Notes: generated by a model not told the origin, from the sequence alone. A stretch of DNA of 64,000 nucleotides from Paraspadella gotoi (GCA_051294375.1 CM119264.1:10577832-10641831); one strand, 5' to 3'; positions 28,187 through 42,486 are shown, counted from the first letter of the stretch. Program-made: numbers and translations.

Positions 28187-28220
<34 letters not shown>
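22300..28220. repeat. Imperfect inverted duplication: ~22300-25059 versus ~25454-28220, with local direct duplications (22065-22295 = 25215-25452; 25085-25213 = 25503-25636)
   Basis: Direct comparison of the arms shows indel-dominated differences. 25-N gaps at 25060-25084 and 25935-25959. Confidence 0.85.
26277..26408. repeat. 22-bp minisatellite, 6 copies (GGCGTTGGACACTGAGCGTTTT)
   Basis: Six adjacent units read directly. Noisy copies at ~24180-24290, ~4160-4310 and ~12040-12190. Confidence 0.9.
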
Positions 28221-28225
<5 letters not shown>

Positions 28226-28376
28226 AAAGTATTATAATGTACAGAATATTATAAAGAGTTGAATTTATTCTGCTTAGATATAAATTCTAATTAGTTGATT
28301 AAAGCTTTTCAATTTTTCAATTTCCTTACTCTACGCCTCATTTATACATAACCTTGATTTCAGTTGAGTCTTTTCC

Positions 28377-28413
<37 letters not shown>

Positions 28414-29574
28414 TTTTCTTGTCTTTCTTCTTCTTCTCTTTTCTTTTCTTCTCAACTCTGCAATCTGTCTCTTCTCCAGAATAACCTTCATTAATCTTCC
28501 TCTCTCTCTCTCATCTCATCTCTCCTTCTGCCTCAGTCTCTCTCATCTCTCTTCTCTTCTCTCTCTCGTGTCGTCTCCTCTCTCTCATCTCTCTCTCTCT
28601 CTCTCTCCTCTAGGTTCAGCGTTTAAAAATTTCCCTCAAGGAACCCTCGCTGATGTCCGCCCCTGAATTTTAGTATGATTATTACGAATCGCCCCGGGGT
28701 TTTCTTGCTTCTATTCTCTCTTTCTTTTCCCTTTCTTTTTTCTCCCTTCCTTTCTTGTACATTCCTCTTTTTATTCCCCTCCTTCTGTTTCAATCACTCC
28801 AATTTTAAGTACTTAAATTAAAGTTTAAAATAAGACGGGATAATTTAAAAAAAATATTGTTTAGAAGTTTTTTTGTTTCGGGAGATATCTTGTTTTTTTT
28901 TAAATCTACTGGGAACGAGCATGAGCGATTAAGTGTCATTCGAGATTATCTAATGTAGAACAAGGCTCAGTCAGTGTCACTTTTCCGAATCTACCTCGAT
29001 TTCAGTCACAAACTACTTTGTGACTCTTGGACGTGAGCGGGATTTCGGGTACCAGAAATATACGAGTGGCTGCGTCAATAATGTAAATGCACTTTCAAAG
29101 GGTTAAACTGAACTGTTACTGCGGCACTAATAATATGTTGGTACTTGCAAAAATTTTTTATATATCCTAATATATCAGTAAAATGCTTTAATCAAGGCAT
29201 AGAATAAGAAATAGAATAAAATAAAATAAAATAGAATAAGAAAAAAATAATTATTAAAATATATAAAAAAAATTAAAAAAAAATTGCTACTTTGTTGAAG
29301 AGCAGATGCAGTGAAGATCTAGTGGGTGTAGATAAAGTTGATTTTGAATGTTCTGTTATAAGGCCTCCTGCTTTATACAGCCCTCTAGTAAAGTAGGGTA
29401 AAATATAAATAAAATTAAATAGACCTGTTCTTTTGTTTCAGAAAAGAAGATTATAACCTCTGGTGGATATACTTAAACTAAATTTTATTGCTATTTTGTT
29501 TTTAAAATGTTCTTTTATTTGTACAGCCATCTGATTTTTTAAGACTAAAACAGGAGTGAATAAAATTGACTATG

Positions 29575-29730
29575 AGAGAGTCTTGATTGAAAGCTTGTAA
29601 GAACCTGCTATATCATTATCTTGTAAGAGTGATGGAGACCTTAAACCAAAGCCTATCCAAAGTTAGGGTCAAGTAGGCTTATTTATTAAATGAATGGATA
29701 ATTTATATATTGGTTATACCGATTTTATAT
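29575..29730. repeat. Degenerate dispersed repeat, also at 38516-38590 and 27705-27790
   Basis: gagagtcttgattgaaagcttg...tatcat..tcttgtaag..gatggaga is shared with 38516. caaag(t)tagggtcaag..gcttatttattaaatgaat is shared with 27716. Confidence 0.6.
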
Positions 29731-31851
29731 AAAAAATTGTTATTTTGTATAGAGCAGGTGTACGTAAAGATCTAGTGGGTGCAGACAGAAGATCAAATTT
29801 TTATAGAAGGTAAAAAGAAAATGCTCATAGTACAAAAAGTAAGAGACAAATCCTCCTTGAAGATAAGATAATTTAAATAGACGGGGAAAAAAATTATATA
29901 ATTTTAGGGGGTAAGTAAATCACAAAAAAATAAAAAAAATTGTACAATTTAAGGATAAAGTGATTTACAAAAACTAGTTCGTATTTATATGTCGGCCATG
30001 AACCTGTGTTGTATAATTTAAAACAATTAAGTTAGATTGAGGGAAGTATCATAGTATATAGATAATCTAATATATTATATATTTATTTATATCTTTCTGT
30101 ATATTTCTCTTCCTCTCTTCTTCAATCCTTAGGATTGAGTGATAGGAAAATTTTCTCATTTTGAGGTAAAGAAGAAATTTGGCCCTGACCTTTTTGATCC
30201 CTGATGATTCGGAGGACGCGACCGAGTCAACTGTCAAGCCATGACCCCGGGGCTAGACATCGTCTAGTAGACAATGGTTCGAACGGGTGTAAGCTTTAAA
30301 AATTTATACAGTTGTTGTACAGCGGAACGTAATAAAAACTAAGATGGCGGAACAAATTATTCTGTTTAATCTCTGGAGGAAAAAAAACGGAGCGAAGAAA
30401 ATATCCGAGAAAAACAAATATGGCGGCGTTAATGGGTAATAAAAGAGGAAAAGAAAGAAAGAGAAGATAAGGATAAGAAAGAAGAAAAAGAGGAGGCACA
30501 CATTCAATCGATGCTTAAACTTACTAATTTTTTTTTTTTAAAGTTCCGTCGTTATTGGTTATTTTTAGATTCGCTCAATTTTTTTTCCGATCGTAATAAA
30601 AATTCATCCGATTTTCTTAAACGCTTCCTTCGCTACAGTATCAATGATAAGTTGTGATTAAAGGGTAAAATGAGACAAAAAACAAATAACAACAACCACA
30701 ACATCAACAACAACAACAACCCCGACCTTTCGCCATGACGAGGGCTTTTCTTATTCTCTTCCCGTATCAATGCATCATATGGACTATAATGGGTACTAAT
30801 GGAGAGTAATGGAAATAATGCTTAGTAATGGATCCGAAGAGTTCCGTTTTAAAGATGTTCTCCGACGCACGAATTCGCTTTTTCTCACCGACGATCTCGT
30901 TATCTCGGTGGTCGTCGTCGTCGTTGTCGTCTTCGTCGTACATTTGGCACTTTCTCTCTTACACCTTTTCACGACCCCAATAATCATTCACGTTCCTAAT
31001 TTTCGGAGTCGCTTTCTCTTTCTTTCACCCTGTCAGCCAAAACAGCTGAGCACCGTAATCATTTAACCGTTCACTCTTTCAGTGATTCTGTCATTCATTC
31101 TTTCATTCATTCACCGAATTCAACGAATTTCAGGTCCTCCAAAATCAGGTGAATTCACCCATAGGCCTTCGAGGAAATTCCTCTTATCACCCGGTCACAG
31201 GGAACATAAAATCTGTTCGCATTAAAACATAAACCGCGAATCGAATTTTCTCTCCGATATTCGCCGCCTCCTCCGCCGATCGAAGCGACCGCAACTCCTT
31301 CAGCCGTGAGAAGCAAAGGGTTCGTTAATCTTTGGGCAAATGGAATCGCTGATTCCCTTTTTACGATCCATCTTTCACTCACCCCAGCACGTGCCGCCCG
31401 CAGCCCGTGGCACCCCTCGCGCCTCGTGGGTAGTGCACCACGCTCCGCTTCGCTCCCCCTTTTCTCTCTTTCGCAAATCGTAAACGTCCGTCATCTGGCG
31501 GCCGACTCGTTAAAGAGACGATGACGACGTCAGTGATTTTGGCGCGGTTGGCGCCGTGCGAGGGATTTAGTGATAATTGTACAGAGATTTACAGTAGATT
31601 TGGAAACTGATTTGTTGATCGTTAAATTGGGGAGCAAACCTCGAAATTAAATCAAAGGATTGAATTATGTTTTATTCGAACGGAGTCGATTGACTGTAAC
31701 AAGAGAAGTGAAAATCCATAGATTATCAAACAAACCCCTCACTCCAAAAAAACAACTCATTTTAGCAATGAATTGCAATATTTTTTAAATTTTTTTCCCG
31801 GTGAAGAGAAAGGAGGATGAGGAGATAAAATAGAAAAAAGCTGAAGAGGAT

Positions 31852-31854
<3 letters not shown>

Positions 31855-31944
<90 letters not shown>

Positions 31945-31945
31945 A
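31855..31945. repeat. (AAAG)n microsatellite starting a ~1-kb purine-rich tract
   Basis: Seen directly. Confidence 0.95.
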
Positions 31946-33614
31946 ATAAGAAAAAAGAAAGAAAGAAAGAATAAAAAATAAAGAAAGAAAAAAAAATAAA
32001 ACGAAAGAAAAAAAGAAAGAAAGCGTAAAAAAATAGGAGTTAATTGGCGTCGAGCTGAAGTGAAGGAGTTGATTGACATGTTTACAATTCGCAAGATGGG
32101 GGGAAACAAGAACGGGCATTTAAGGTGGGAAAGCTAATTAAAGAGACTAACGAGACGAAGAGACAAAGAATGAAAGAAATAAAAAAGAAGGAAGGATGAT
32201 CGGGAGGGGGAAAAAAAAGTTGAACGGAGGAAAAGAAGGAAGAAAACGATTAGAATCTCGGGAAAGAAAGATTTTATGATGTTAGGAAAGGGAAGAGAAA
32301 GAGACGATTTTTTTATTGTATTTTCTTAAGATTATTAGATTTGAAGGGATATATATCTGAGATGGGTAGTAGGGGAAGCAGAACAAAAAGAAAGAAGAGG
32401 AGTAAAGGAGGATGTTTGAGAGGTGAGAAAAGGAAAAGAGGAAAAAGGAAGATAGAAAGGTTTGAATGGAGGAAAAGGGGGAAACAAAAAAACGAAGATT
32501 GAGAATGGAAAACAAACGGAGAAAAATGAAGAAAAACGGAAGAGAGGATGACGAAGAATAAAGGAAGGCGAAAGAGGATGATGAAGAATAGGTTTTTTGG
32601 GAGAAAAGAGGCAAAACCTAAATGGGGAAGAAAAACAAGAAAAGGGAGGAGATTTAGAGTAAAAGTAGTTAGGCCCAAAAGGGGGAGAGAGGGGAGAGAG
32701 TAAAAAAGAAAAGAAAAGAAAAGGAAGAGATGAAAAGAGGGAGAAGGGGAGAGTGGAGAGGGGGAAGAAAGAAAAGAAAAAGGAGATTATGTAAGGGTGA
32801 AGAGAGTGGAGGGAAAGCGACAGCCCTTTTACGACGCTCCCGAGGCGGATAACACGGAAAAGGCAATCCGAGTCTCGACTCGCGAATTTCCGCTAACCGA
32901 GTCGGAAAATAAAAATTCGATAAAGAACGATTTTCCGAAAATAGAAATTTATTCTTCCGCTCGGCGATTCGCTTCCCCTCGGAGCGATACAATTCTGAAT
33001 GCGACGACGGAAGAGAGTCTCACCATCTCATCGTTGTTTCTCAAAGTCTGTGAGTTTACTTGCGCCGCGAGTACTCGCCGAGGTCAATTTTGATTCAGAC
33101 TGTCAGTCCGTCTATTTGGATGCCTGTCGGTCTAACTGAATGAATGAATCATTATGTACCAAAAAAGTTATTCAAGGAATTAAATAGTAAATGATTATTT
33201 AGGTTTGAATTGAGGCTTTTAAAAAAACATATGATCAATCCAAAAGTAAATGTGGCCCGACATCTTTGAATTGCAGTTTCCTTGTTTTACTTAAGGTTTT
33301 AAAAAAAGTAGAAAAGCGTCGGTGACGTAAAACCTTTCGGCTTTTGGATTTTAGACTCGACGACGTCGACTTGAAGGACGTTGAGCGGATGAAAAGAGAA
33401 TCCTCGACGCCGAAAGCAAAAACGACGCCGACGGCGCCGTATTCGGTGCCATCTTCAGCGTCATCGCCGCCGATACCAACCACACAGGGTCAACTTTGAA
33501 TAAAAACTGCCGAAAAAAAATCGTTTACAATCGGCAACGAATTCTAATTGATTTATTCAAAAGAATGGAATCCATTAAAAGGGAGAATTGGGGTTGGCTG
33601 ACTGAGAATGGATA

Positions 33615-33982
33615 AACCAAGGAACGGTTATTCCAAGGTGTTGTTCCGCATTATTTTTGTTTTTACTTATCATTCATTTATTCCTAAGATTTTATAAGAT
33701 TTTTTTAATAGCAGAAAAGACGAAATTTTATTATTTTTTTTAAAAGAATAATATACTAAATATTTTTTTAAAAACAAAAGACGGCGCCAGTAGTCGCTTA
33801 GATTTGATTTTTAACAAAATCAGCAACACACTTGCCTATAGTTTATAGGCAAGTTATAAACGTTTTTAACGTAAGTGAGACAGACGAACGGACAGACATA
33901 CCGACCGACCGACGGCGACGACCGACCCACCGAAAAAGTGACTTATAGAGTTGCTCCGCGAGTACTCGTGCGCAACTAAAAA
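33615..33982 (+). mobile_element. DINE-1/Helentron-associated (HINE)-like non-autonomous element
   Basis: Internal (GACR/CCGA)n microsatellite and a 3' hairpin agttgctccgcgagtactcgtgcgcaact. Colinear copy on - at 52329-52600. Confidence 0.6.
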
Positions 33983-34411
33983 GTAATAAACAGATGTTCA
34001 ATTAAAGTGGTTCGGAGTTTGGTCGCCAAGAGATTTTTCTGAATCTACTAAATTTACTTTTTTTTTTTTGGAACAAATATAAGTTAATCTTAGATCATCT
34101 TTTTAGTTAAACCAGTCGAAACATTTATGGCAATAATTTTTTTCGTGATCGAAATGAAATAATAAAATTTGCTTTACTTATTTTATAGATTAACGATTTA
34201 TTGCTGAAATAATTGGTAATGCATTTTTGGTCCGTTTGCTCTACGGTGCCAAATCTAGTAACAATCGAAAAAAAAAACACAACATTTTATCGAAATGGGT
34301 AGGTTTCCATTCAGCTGTCAGACTGTCAGTCCTAAAAACAAATTCGAGGAGCTGAGTAGGTAAAGGTTTTGTCCTTGATTCGCGATAGCCAATATCCACC
34401 GATCTTCCTTT

Positions 34412-34492
<81 letters not shown>

Positions 34493-34726
34493 TCTCTCCT
34501 CTCTCTTCTCTCTCTCTCTCACAAGAGTATTTATTCAATTCCCTTATCAGAAAGACACTGTACAGTCGAGTTCGGATTCACGATTCGCGATTTCTTCTCC
34601 TTTTGAATTCATTCATTTTCACTGACGCGACGCCGCGATTTTCACAAACTCGAAGCCACGAATCTTACGCGGGATTCACATTCGCAGTCGAAAAAAACAA
34701 GTTTTTTTTCGCTCTTTGCTGCCGGT

Positions 34727-34784
<58 letters not shown>

Positions 34785-34991
34785 TTAATCGCGACTGGGC
34801 CCTCGACTAATCGAAAAACGCGAAGGGAGTGAGAGAAAGGTGGTAGAAAGAAGGAAGGTATAGAAAGAATAAAGAAATAGAGAAATAAAGAAATAAAGAA
34901 ATAAAGAAATAAGAAATAAAGAAATAAAGAAATAAAGAAATAAAAATAGAAATAAAGAAAAAAAAATGCTTCGTGAAACTGAAAGATAACA

Positions 34992-35078
<87 letters not shown>

Positions 35079-35825
35079 GAGCGTTAATACTTTCATTTGA
35101 ATTCGCTGGTAGGCCGCTACCAGTAAAAATTTATTCGTAAAAAAACACCAAATAACTTTTTTTATTTAGTAATTTAAAAAAAAATAGAACATCGTCATTT
35201 CGAAAATTAATAAATTATAAAAATTACGGTCGTAATTAAATTTTTAATTCTTCAAATGATGTTTCTATTCTTTTCACTGGGAATACGATAAATAAAAATA
35301 TTTTTGGGCTTGATCTTTCGCGTCAGTTGAGCGGCTGGAATTCTTCAAAATATGATATGGCTTCGTTTCTTTCTCTTTCTGCCTTTCCTTTAATGTTTTT
35401 TAATATTTCACTCTGTCGTCTTTTTCAATCTCAATGACCAATCTCAGCTATACCCTTTTTAATTTTAGCGATAAACCATTTAAATCGAGAAGGGAACAGC
35501 AATACTGTTTAGTTTTTAATGACCGCTTTATCTAACTATTTTTTCTTTCCATTTTTGCTTCTCTTTCTGCTTTCCAAAGTGAGTGAGTTTCTTTCTATCT
35601 TTCTATCTTTCATTCTCTTTTTCTTTCTTTTTTCATTTTTTCATTTTTTCATTTTTTCATTTTTTCATTTTTTCATTTTTTCATTTTTTCATTTTTTCAT
35701 TTTTTTATTTTTTTAAATTTTTTTTATTTATTTTTTTATTTATTTATTTATTTATTTAATTTATTTATTTAATTTATTTTATTTATTTATTATTATTTAT
35801 TTATTTTATTATTTTTATTTTTTTT

Positions 35826-35857
<32 letters not shown>

Positions 35858-36705
35858 TTTTTCTTTCTTCTTTCTTTCTTTCTTTCTTTCTTTACTTTTT
35901 CGTTCTTTCTTTCTTTCTTTCTTTTTTTCTTTCTTTATTTCTTTCCATTTTCGCCTCGATATTGAAAAAAAATTAATTGAATTTGAAATAAATTTTATAC
36001 GTACGTAAAAATGAAATTCTAATTCCATGTCTCTTGTCACAAGAGCAAGACAAATATTCAAAACAAGGAAATAAAAAATCTAAAAAAATTCGTTTGCGTT
36101 TTTAAGCTTCGTGCAGAACCCCCCCTGTTTAAATTGGCGCGAGAAGGAGACGTTGAGGTAAAATTAAACGTACAATTATAAATCTATATATAACGTTTGT
36201 GTTGGCAAGAAAACCGTTGAAGCGTAAATGGGTCGAACAAGGTCACGTCCATAGGTTCAGGTCGTCCGACGAACCGGTTCAAACATCTGGAAAAGAGGAT
36301 ATTTCCTCGTTTCTAACCAAAACTTTGAAAGAGAGAGAGGGGGCAGAGGGAAGAGAGAGAGAGAGAGGGAGAGGGAAAGGGAGGAAGGAAGGGAGGGAGA
36401 AAGCGATTGGGGCTGTGAGGGGAGGAGAGGAAAAAGGGAATAAAAAAACCCGAAAATATTTCTCCGAAAGGAAAAAGCAAATATTTACGACAAATATTTT
36501 CAAACCCTTTTTTTTTTCTAACGAGCAGAATCTCGGTTCGCGAAAACAAAACAAAAACGCTTTTAAAAAGACGACGAAGAAAAGGAGGACTTTAACGGGC
36601 CAACAAAAAGGTCGAATAAAGAAGAGACGAGCAGCGTCATCTATCGGCGAGTCATCTATTCAATCGTCATCGTAGACGTCGTCGAAGGAGAAAAAAAAAA
36701 AGGAA

Positions 36706-37159
36706 ATGGACGCAAACGGAGAAGACGACCTCGTCGCGGACGAAGCGATGGAGGTCGCGATCGAGAGACGCCGCGAAGCCGACAAAAACGACGCGGCCGA
36801 CAAGACGACAAAAAAGAAGAAGGACGCGAAGGGCAATAAAAACGACGTCAAGGGCGAAAGGAGAGAATTTCGAAGAAACGACGACGAAGACGAAAAGAAA
36901 AGAATTTTGAGAAAACGGGAAATCCTTGACGCGGCGAAGGAGAACGACGCCGTCGAAGACGTCGTCGTCGAGAAAAGCGATTCGACCTTCCCGTTCGACT
37001 CGCTCTCTGTCCGAGAGTTGGACGGACACGATTTCGAAGGGAAAGAAGAGAGAGGAGGATCGAAGCTCGTCGAGAGCGAGGTCAAGGACGACAACAACAA
37101 CAACGAGAGCCATTTCCGGGACCGAAACGGAGATTCGATCAAGAGGAAGGAAATAAAAG
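36706..37159 (+). CDS. Candidate charged (D/E/K-rich) coding exon, unknown product
   Basis: Open GC-rich frame MDANGEDDLVADEAMEVAIERRREADK...DSIKRKEIK ending at AG|GTGAGA. No recognisable domain. Confidence 0.35.
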
Positions 37160-37775
37160 GTGAGAAAACTGAACGAATTAGATTTTCTATACAGTTTCTT
37201 GTATTTCATTTTTAAATTAAACTTTACTATAGCAAAATTCCCCTCAACGTTCACAAATGACTGAAACGTTTAACTTTATCAACGTATTCACATTTATTCT
37301 ATACTTTACATATAAACAATGATTATGATCTAGCGAATTTATGCCTTATTACGAAATATGGCTGAACTCAGCCATTGCTACTGGCACTTTTTACATCGCA
37401 TGAGTTGAACATTATTTTTTTTAAAAATATGGATACATTAATCTACTTTTACTCGTGAGCTAAGTCCGCGGACCGCTGGCGTTCGATTCGTGGACCGACG
37501 TCATTCCTCGACCCTCACATCAATCAGAACCGCGGTTTCCCTTTCGCCCGCCTCGAAACCGGCACCTTCCTGGGGCGGCGCCGATTCTAGCGCAGTTGGC
37601 CTCAAGTTTTCCCGGCCGTCGCCGCGTCACCGCCATCCCGTCCCGCCGCTTTCACCGCTTTCGCCGCCGCTTTCGCCGCCGCTTTCGCCGCCGCTTCACC
37701 GCTTTCGCCGCCGCTTTTGCCGCCGCGCGCTTTCGCCGCCGCCCCTCCGTTTCCGTCCCCGCCGCCGTTTCGCCG

Positions 37776-38198
37776 CTATTCTCGACGCCGCCGTTCACGC
37801 CGCTTTGACACTTTTGCCGCTTTTGCCATTTTTCCGCCTTTGCACTTTTGCGCCGTCTGACCGATACCATCTCCACCGCCACCTCCGCCGCCAATGCCAC
37901 CCGCTATCTTCGCCTTCCTCCGCTCCTCACGCATTTTCTCCTCTTCCTTCCTCCGACGTCGATTCCGCTCCGCCACTCTCGCCTCCGCCAACTTTGCCCT
38001 CGTCCTCTTCAGGCTCAAATCCGCGATGTTGAACTTGTTGCGCGCCGCCTGGAGGAGGCGATAAGGAAGAGGGGGGGGGTTCTTCTTTTCACTTTCAACG
38101 GACCCGCTCTATTTCCATCAATTATGAATATTTAAAAGTTCAGCTTTTTTTCTTGCTCGTCCAAATTATCTCGTCGGTTTGCCTTTACATGTTTTGCT

Positions 38199-38281
<83 letters not shown>

Positions 38282-39004
38282 CCTGTATCTCCCTCTCGCG
38301 ACGCCTGGTGGCGGCCGAGATCGCCACGTAGGCGAGCGTCTCTGGGCAATGGTACTCCTCTCGGAGTTGGCGCACGGCGGCGTACTCCTCGCGAAGGATC
38401 TGTAGGTCATCTTGTAGACTGTCTCGGGATTCCTGCATTTTGGCGAGGGTGTCGGCCCTGGAATGACAGAGCGGGGACAGAGGCAAGGTTGGAAGAATGG
38501 CATAAGAGAGTGGGTGAGAGTCTTGATTGAAAGCTTGCAGGGCCCTGCTATGTTATCATCTCGTAAGTGCGATGGAGAGAGAACCTTGTTTATTTTTGCG
38601 GTTAGTTAAATTTTTAAGTTTTTTTTTTCTTATATTTTCGTTTTATTTTTCCGCTTATCGGTTTTTGTCTTTTTTTTTATTTCGTCGTCGTCGTCGTCGC
38701 AGTGCTGCCCTCTTCTGTCCTCGACTCAAAGCTCCGACCCATAGAATTCGGGATCAACGACGTTGGTTTTACGGTGGTCAGGTTGCGGAGCCTCGCGGCC
38801 GAACTAGGAATCTGTTTAACCTCGAACCGAGGATCTTTTTCTCTCCGAAATTTAAAGGGTGATTGGGTCGAGGGAAAGGGGCGCGGGGCGAGAAAAAAAA
38901 AACCAAGAGAAAACACTTTTCTCTTTGTTTTGTTTTTTAGTCCGACAAGTTTTTTTCTCCTCGAATAGAGACAAGAGAAAACTGACTGAGAGCTGCTTAG
39001 CATT

Positions 39005-39082
<78 letters not shown>

Positions 39083-42000
39083 CGATAAAAGGTAGGAAAA
39101 ATCAAAGAGAATTTGCATGGAGAATGAGATAACCTTCCGACGCGGAACAATTGGTACTTAAAGACGTAAATAACGTCGAACAGACTTAGAGACGAATAAA
39201 TGCATAACCAAGCGCGCGCGAAACGATACGGTTGATTTAATCCTAATTGGATCATCTCGAATGGAAATTTAAGTTTGGAATTTTCTATTTACGCGACGGT
39301 GGCCCTGATTCGCATTTCATATTTCCATCATGATGGGAATTTAACGTTCTTCCTTTTTCTACTCTTTCTTATTTGAGTCATTTCGTTTCATTATTGGTGG
39401 ACTGGTGAATGAGAACATGGTCCTATCGTGTTTTACGTTGTCCGGGTCTGAATTACCAAACTTTTTTTTTTTTTCATAATGTCGATCTTTCATTTAAATT
39501 TTCTTTTGAAAACTACTGGAGTGAATGACTCCGACCTGATTCTCATGTCCTTCTGAAGCCGCACGTTTTCCTTTTCGAAATGCCGGAGTCGCTTCTCCGC
39601 CCGACGGTAGTTGAAGATGGTGTCGTTCATGGTGGAGTGGATGCCCTTCAAGTCCGCGTCCATCGTCGCGTTTTCCCGGGAAAGTTTTTCGTTGTCAACC
39701 TGTAAAATTGGGAAGACGTTTCGAAATCACCGAACCGGGTAATTGTTTTCTCCGAAGGACGAACGACGTTAACGGCGACAGAGAGTGACAGCGCAATGTC
39801 ATGTTTCAATAACTGATTTTCCTCGGTAGTCAGTTCGATTCTGGATAAAGAAAACCTAATCATAAATATCTCGATTGTTTAAACACTTTTAGCAGGACTC
39901 TAAGAGCTACCCAACCCTTCCACCCCTCCCATCTCTCTCTCTCATCCCTCTCTCATCAGCCTCGGCCACCTGCGCTATCTCCAAGTCCATCTCGGTGAAC
40001 CCCTCCTTGTTGTCCCTCTTTCGCTGCAACAAATCCGCCATTTTGAGATTGGCGTGATTGAGGTTCTGATTAGAGAGGCGTAGGATTCCCTTCTTGGTTT
40101 TGGCCGAACCCACGTGTTCTTGGTGGACGCGGCGGAGACACTGGGCGTCGTAGTAGGGGCGCTTAACTGGAGTGGGGGGGAGGAAGGTAGTGGATTAGAT
40201 AAATTGCAAAATTTGGTTTTTAGTTTTTTCTTTCTATGGTTTTGGTTTTTCTATGCAATTAATAAGCCCCCATTCTATCGAAAGCCGACAGAATTTCTGC
40301 TCGATAACCTTTTTTTTTCCAAATTTTCATTTTTTATCGCGCCACGATTCCCATTTATCAAAATTTTCCGGTTTAAATCAATAAAAGAAGCAGCTGAGTT
40401 TCATTCGGCGAGTTCACTAATTTGGATAAAACGATGATAAATGATGGAAGACACATGATACAAGGGATACGTAGCTCTATTGTGTTTTCTCGTGGAGGTA
40501 CAATTTCAAAATTGAATCACTTTGAGAACTCGAAGCTCAATCGGTTCATTTTCTTCCACTGTGGCAACAACAACACGCGACCTTACCAGATCAAGAACTC
40601 TGGTCGAACTCTCTCTTTCTCTCTCACTCAATCGCCGACCGATCACCACGATCACCAAGGGTCATCAGTGACTATCTCCCGGCTATTTAATAATTGTAAA
40701 CAGACAACCTTACCTCTTATAAAATAAATGGATTTGAGATTTTGGTAACGAACTCCAATCACACGCACGACCTTTCATCTCACACTTGCACACTTGACGA
40801 TCGTCTCCACTGACTCACCCGCCTCCTCCTTGTCCAAGATCTGAGCGGCGACCTCTTGGGTGAGTCTGGCTCGTTGAGAGAAGTAGAAGCGAAACCGCTG
40901 CCTCTGCCCCTTGAGCTCCTTGGAGTGTTCCACGTGCTCTTGCCCGGTGTTCACCAGATTTCGCAATCTGCACTCCAGGTTACGAACTCGCTGTCGAGGG
41001 AAACGAGGGCGTGGTGTTGGGGAAAGAGTGGGATGGTCAATGTTGGGTGGTGGTGTCGTTGGGTCAATTGGTAATTTTATTGTATTGTATATGGTATTGT
41101 AAATGGTAAGATCTTATAATCGGTCTCAAGTTATTTGTTGTATATATATATGGTCTCGAGTAAAAAAAATAAATAAATTGAATGGATTTAAAATTTTTAT
41201 TAAAACTGAAGAGACAGTAATTATTGTTATGTGTTAGTGACAGAACCGTTCAATATAAGCAGTCCCTGATCTTCGGATCAGGCTGTAACACCGTGTTACA
41301 GGCGGGTTAAGCGCCCCGTCCCTCTTAACTGCTAGGCGACCACCGGGCTAGAACCCCGGAACTTTGGGTTGGGAGGCGAATGACTTGCCTCCGGCACCAA
41401 TGGCCGCGGATAATGGATTTTAGTCCACCATAAACTTTTCATTATTTTCATCATTAAAAAACATATTTTGCCAGCCAATTTTCGCCCTTTTCCTTTTCAA
41501 ATCGCGGCATCCTGCCTTGCTTTTAAATTTATCAAATGATTTTTAAAATATATTCAAATTTAAAAAAAAATCTTGTTTATAAATTTAAAAAAATATCGTT
41601 TATAATAACATGAGCGATGGCAAAACCTTATCACCGTGGAAACGAGCCGGAATGAAAAAAGTGTAACGCTCGGCCGTGACTCGAACGCTTCGCCGGCTCC
41701 GGCCTCATTTCCTGCCTTCGAGATTGGTTCCGACAAAAATGCACGTCTTGCGAAATAGAAAAAAGAAAATAAAAAGAAAATAAAAAGAAAATAAAAAAAA
41801 CCTTTTGGAATTCCTGCTTGAAAATTCTGATTTCCGTAGTGATGAACTCGACTTTGTACAGGAGCCTGTGGGGGGGGGGGAAGAGAGATGACCGGGATGA
41901 GAGGGAAGGAAAAAAAAAGTAAATATAATGTTATTTTTGGACAAATACTAAAATTTAATTTCGCGATTGAAAACAGCTTATTATGCTTAAGAAAAGGTAT

Positions 42001-42486
42001 CGTAATTTTTGTATGATTTGTTCACATTCTTTAGAATGCATTTTACATTTTAAGAAACCTAAAGGCCGAAAGCCCTCTCCATTTTCTCCATATGTCCGTG
42101 TGTCTCTTTATCCTTCGGCCCATCCTCGAAACGTCAGTTTCTCTGACATGTTCATAAAATGTCGCGACTTATTTTTCCCCATCGTTCGAACCTCTTCCTC
42201 TCCGCTCTCTTCGTTCTCGTCTCACGAGGTTATTGTTGCTCGAGTCATAAACTATGAAAACGTCAGCCGCCATTTTCTTTTCCTCTCGCGTCTCAAAGCC
42301 TTCGTGACGCGTCGCTCTTCTCATCTCCTTTTCTTTACACCTCCGTCGCTAGAGGCGCTCAATATGTTCACAATAATCTCTCCCCCCACCTCTTTCTTAT
42401 AGCGCTTAATTTTTTACTCACCACATGCTCGGCCCTGACTTACCATAACCGACACAATCCACCTTCGTTCGTTTCCATCTAGAATT

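Noticed and set aside
30180-30295. CTGATGA followed by a hairpin as a hammerhead ribozyme
   Set aside because: Stem II (TTCGG/CCGAG) is followed by TCAA rather than GAAA, and there is no convincing stem III/UH site.
32797-33500. Possible plus-strand exons (32800-33049, 33354-33490)
   Set aside because: Splice-like signals exist, but I could not fix a consistent frame or recognise any homology.
28364-36061. ORFs rich in SL/RE/FL repeats
   Set aside because: They are translations of (CT)n, (AG)n and (AAAG)n microsatellites.
41336-41407. Functional tRNA-Gly gene
   Set aside because: The anticodon stem does not pair and the D- and T-loops deviate. Treated as a SINE head.
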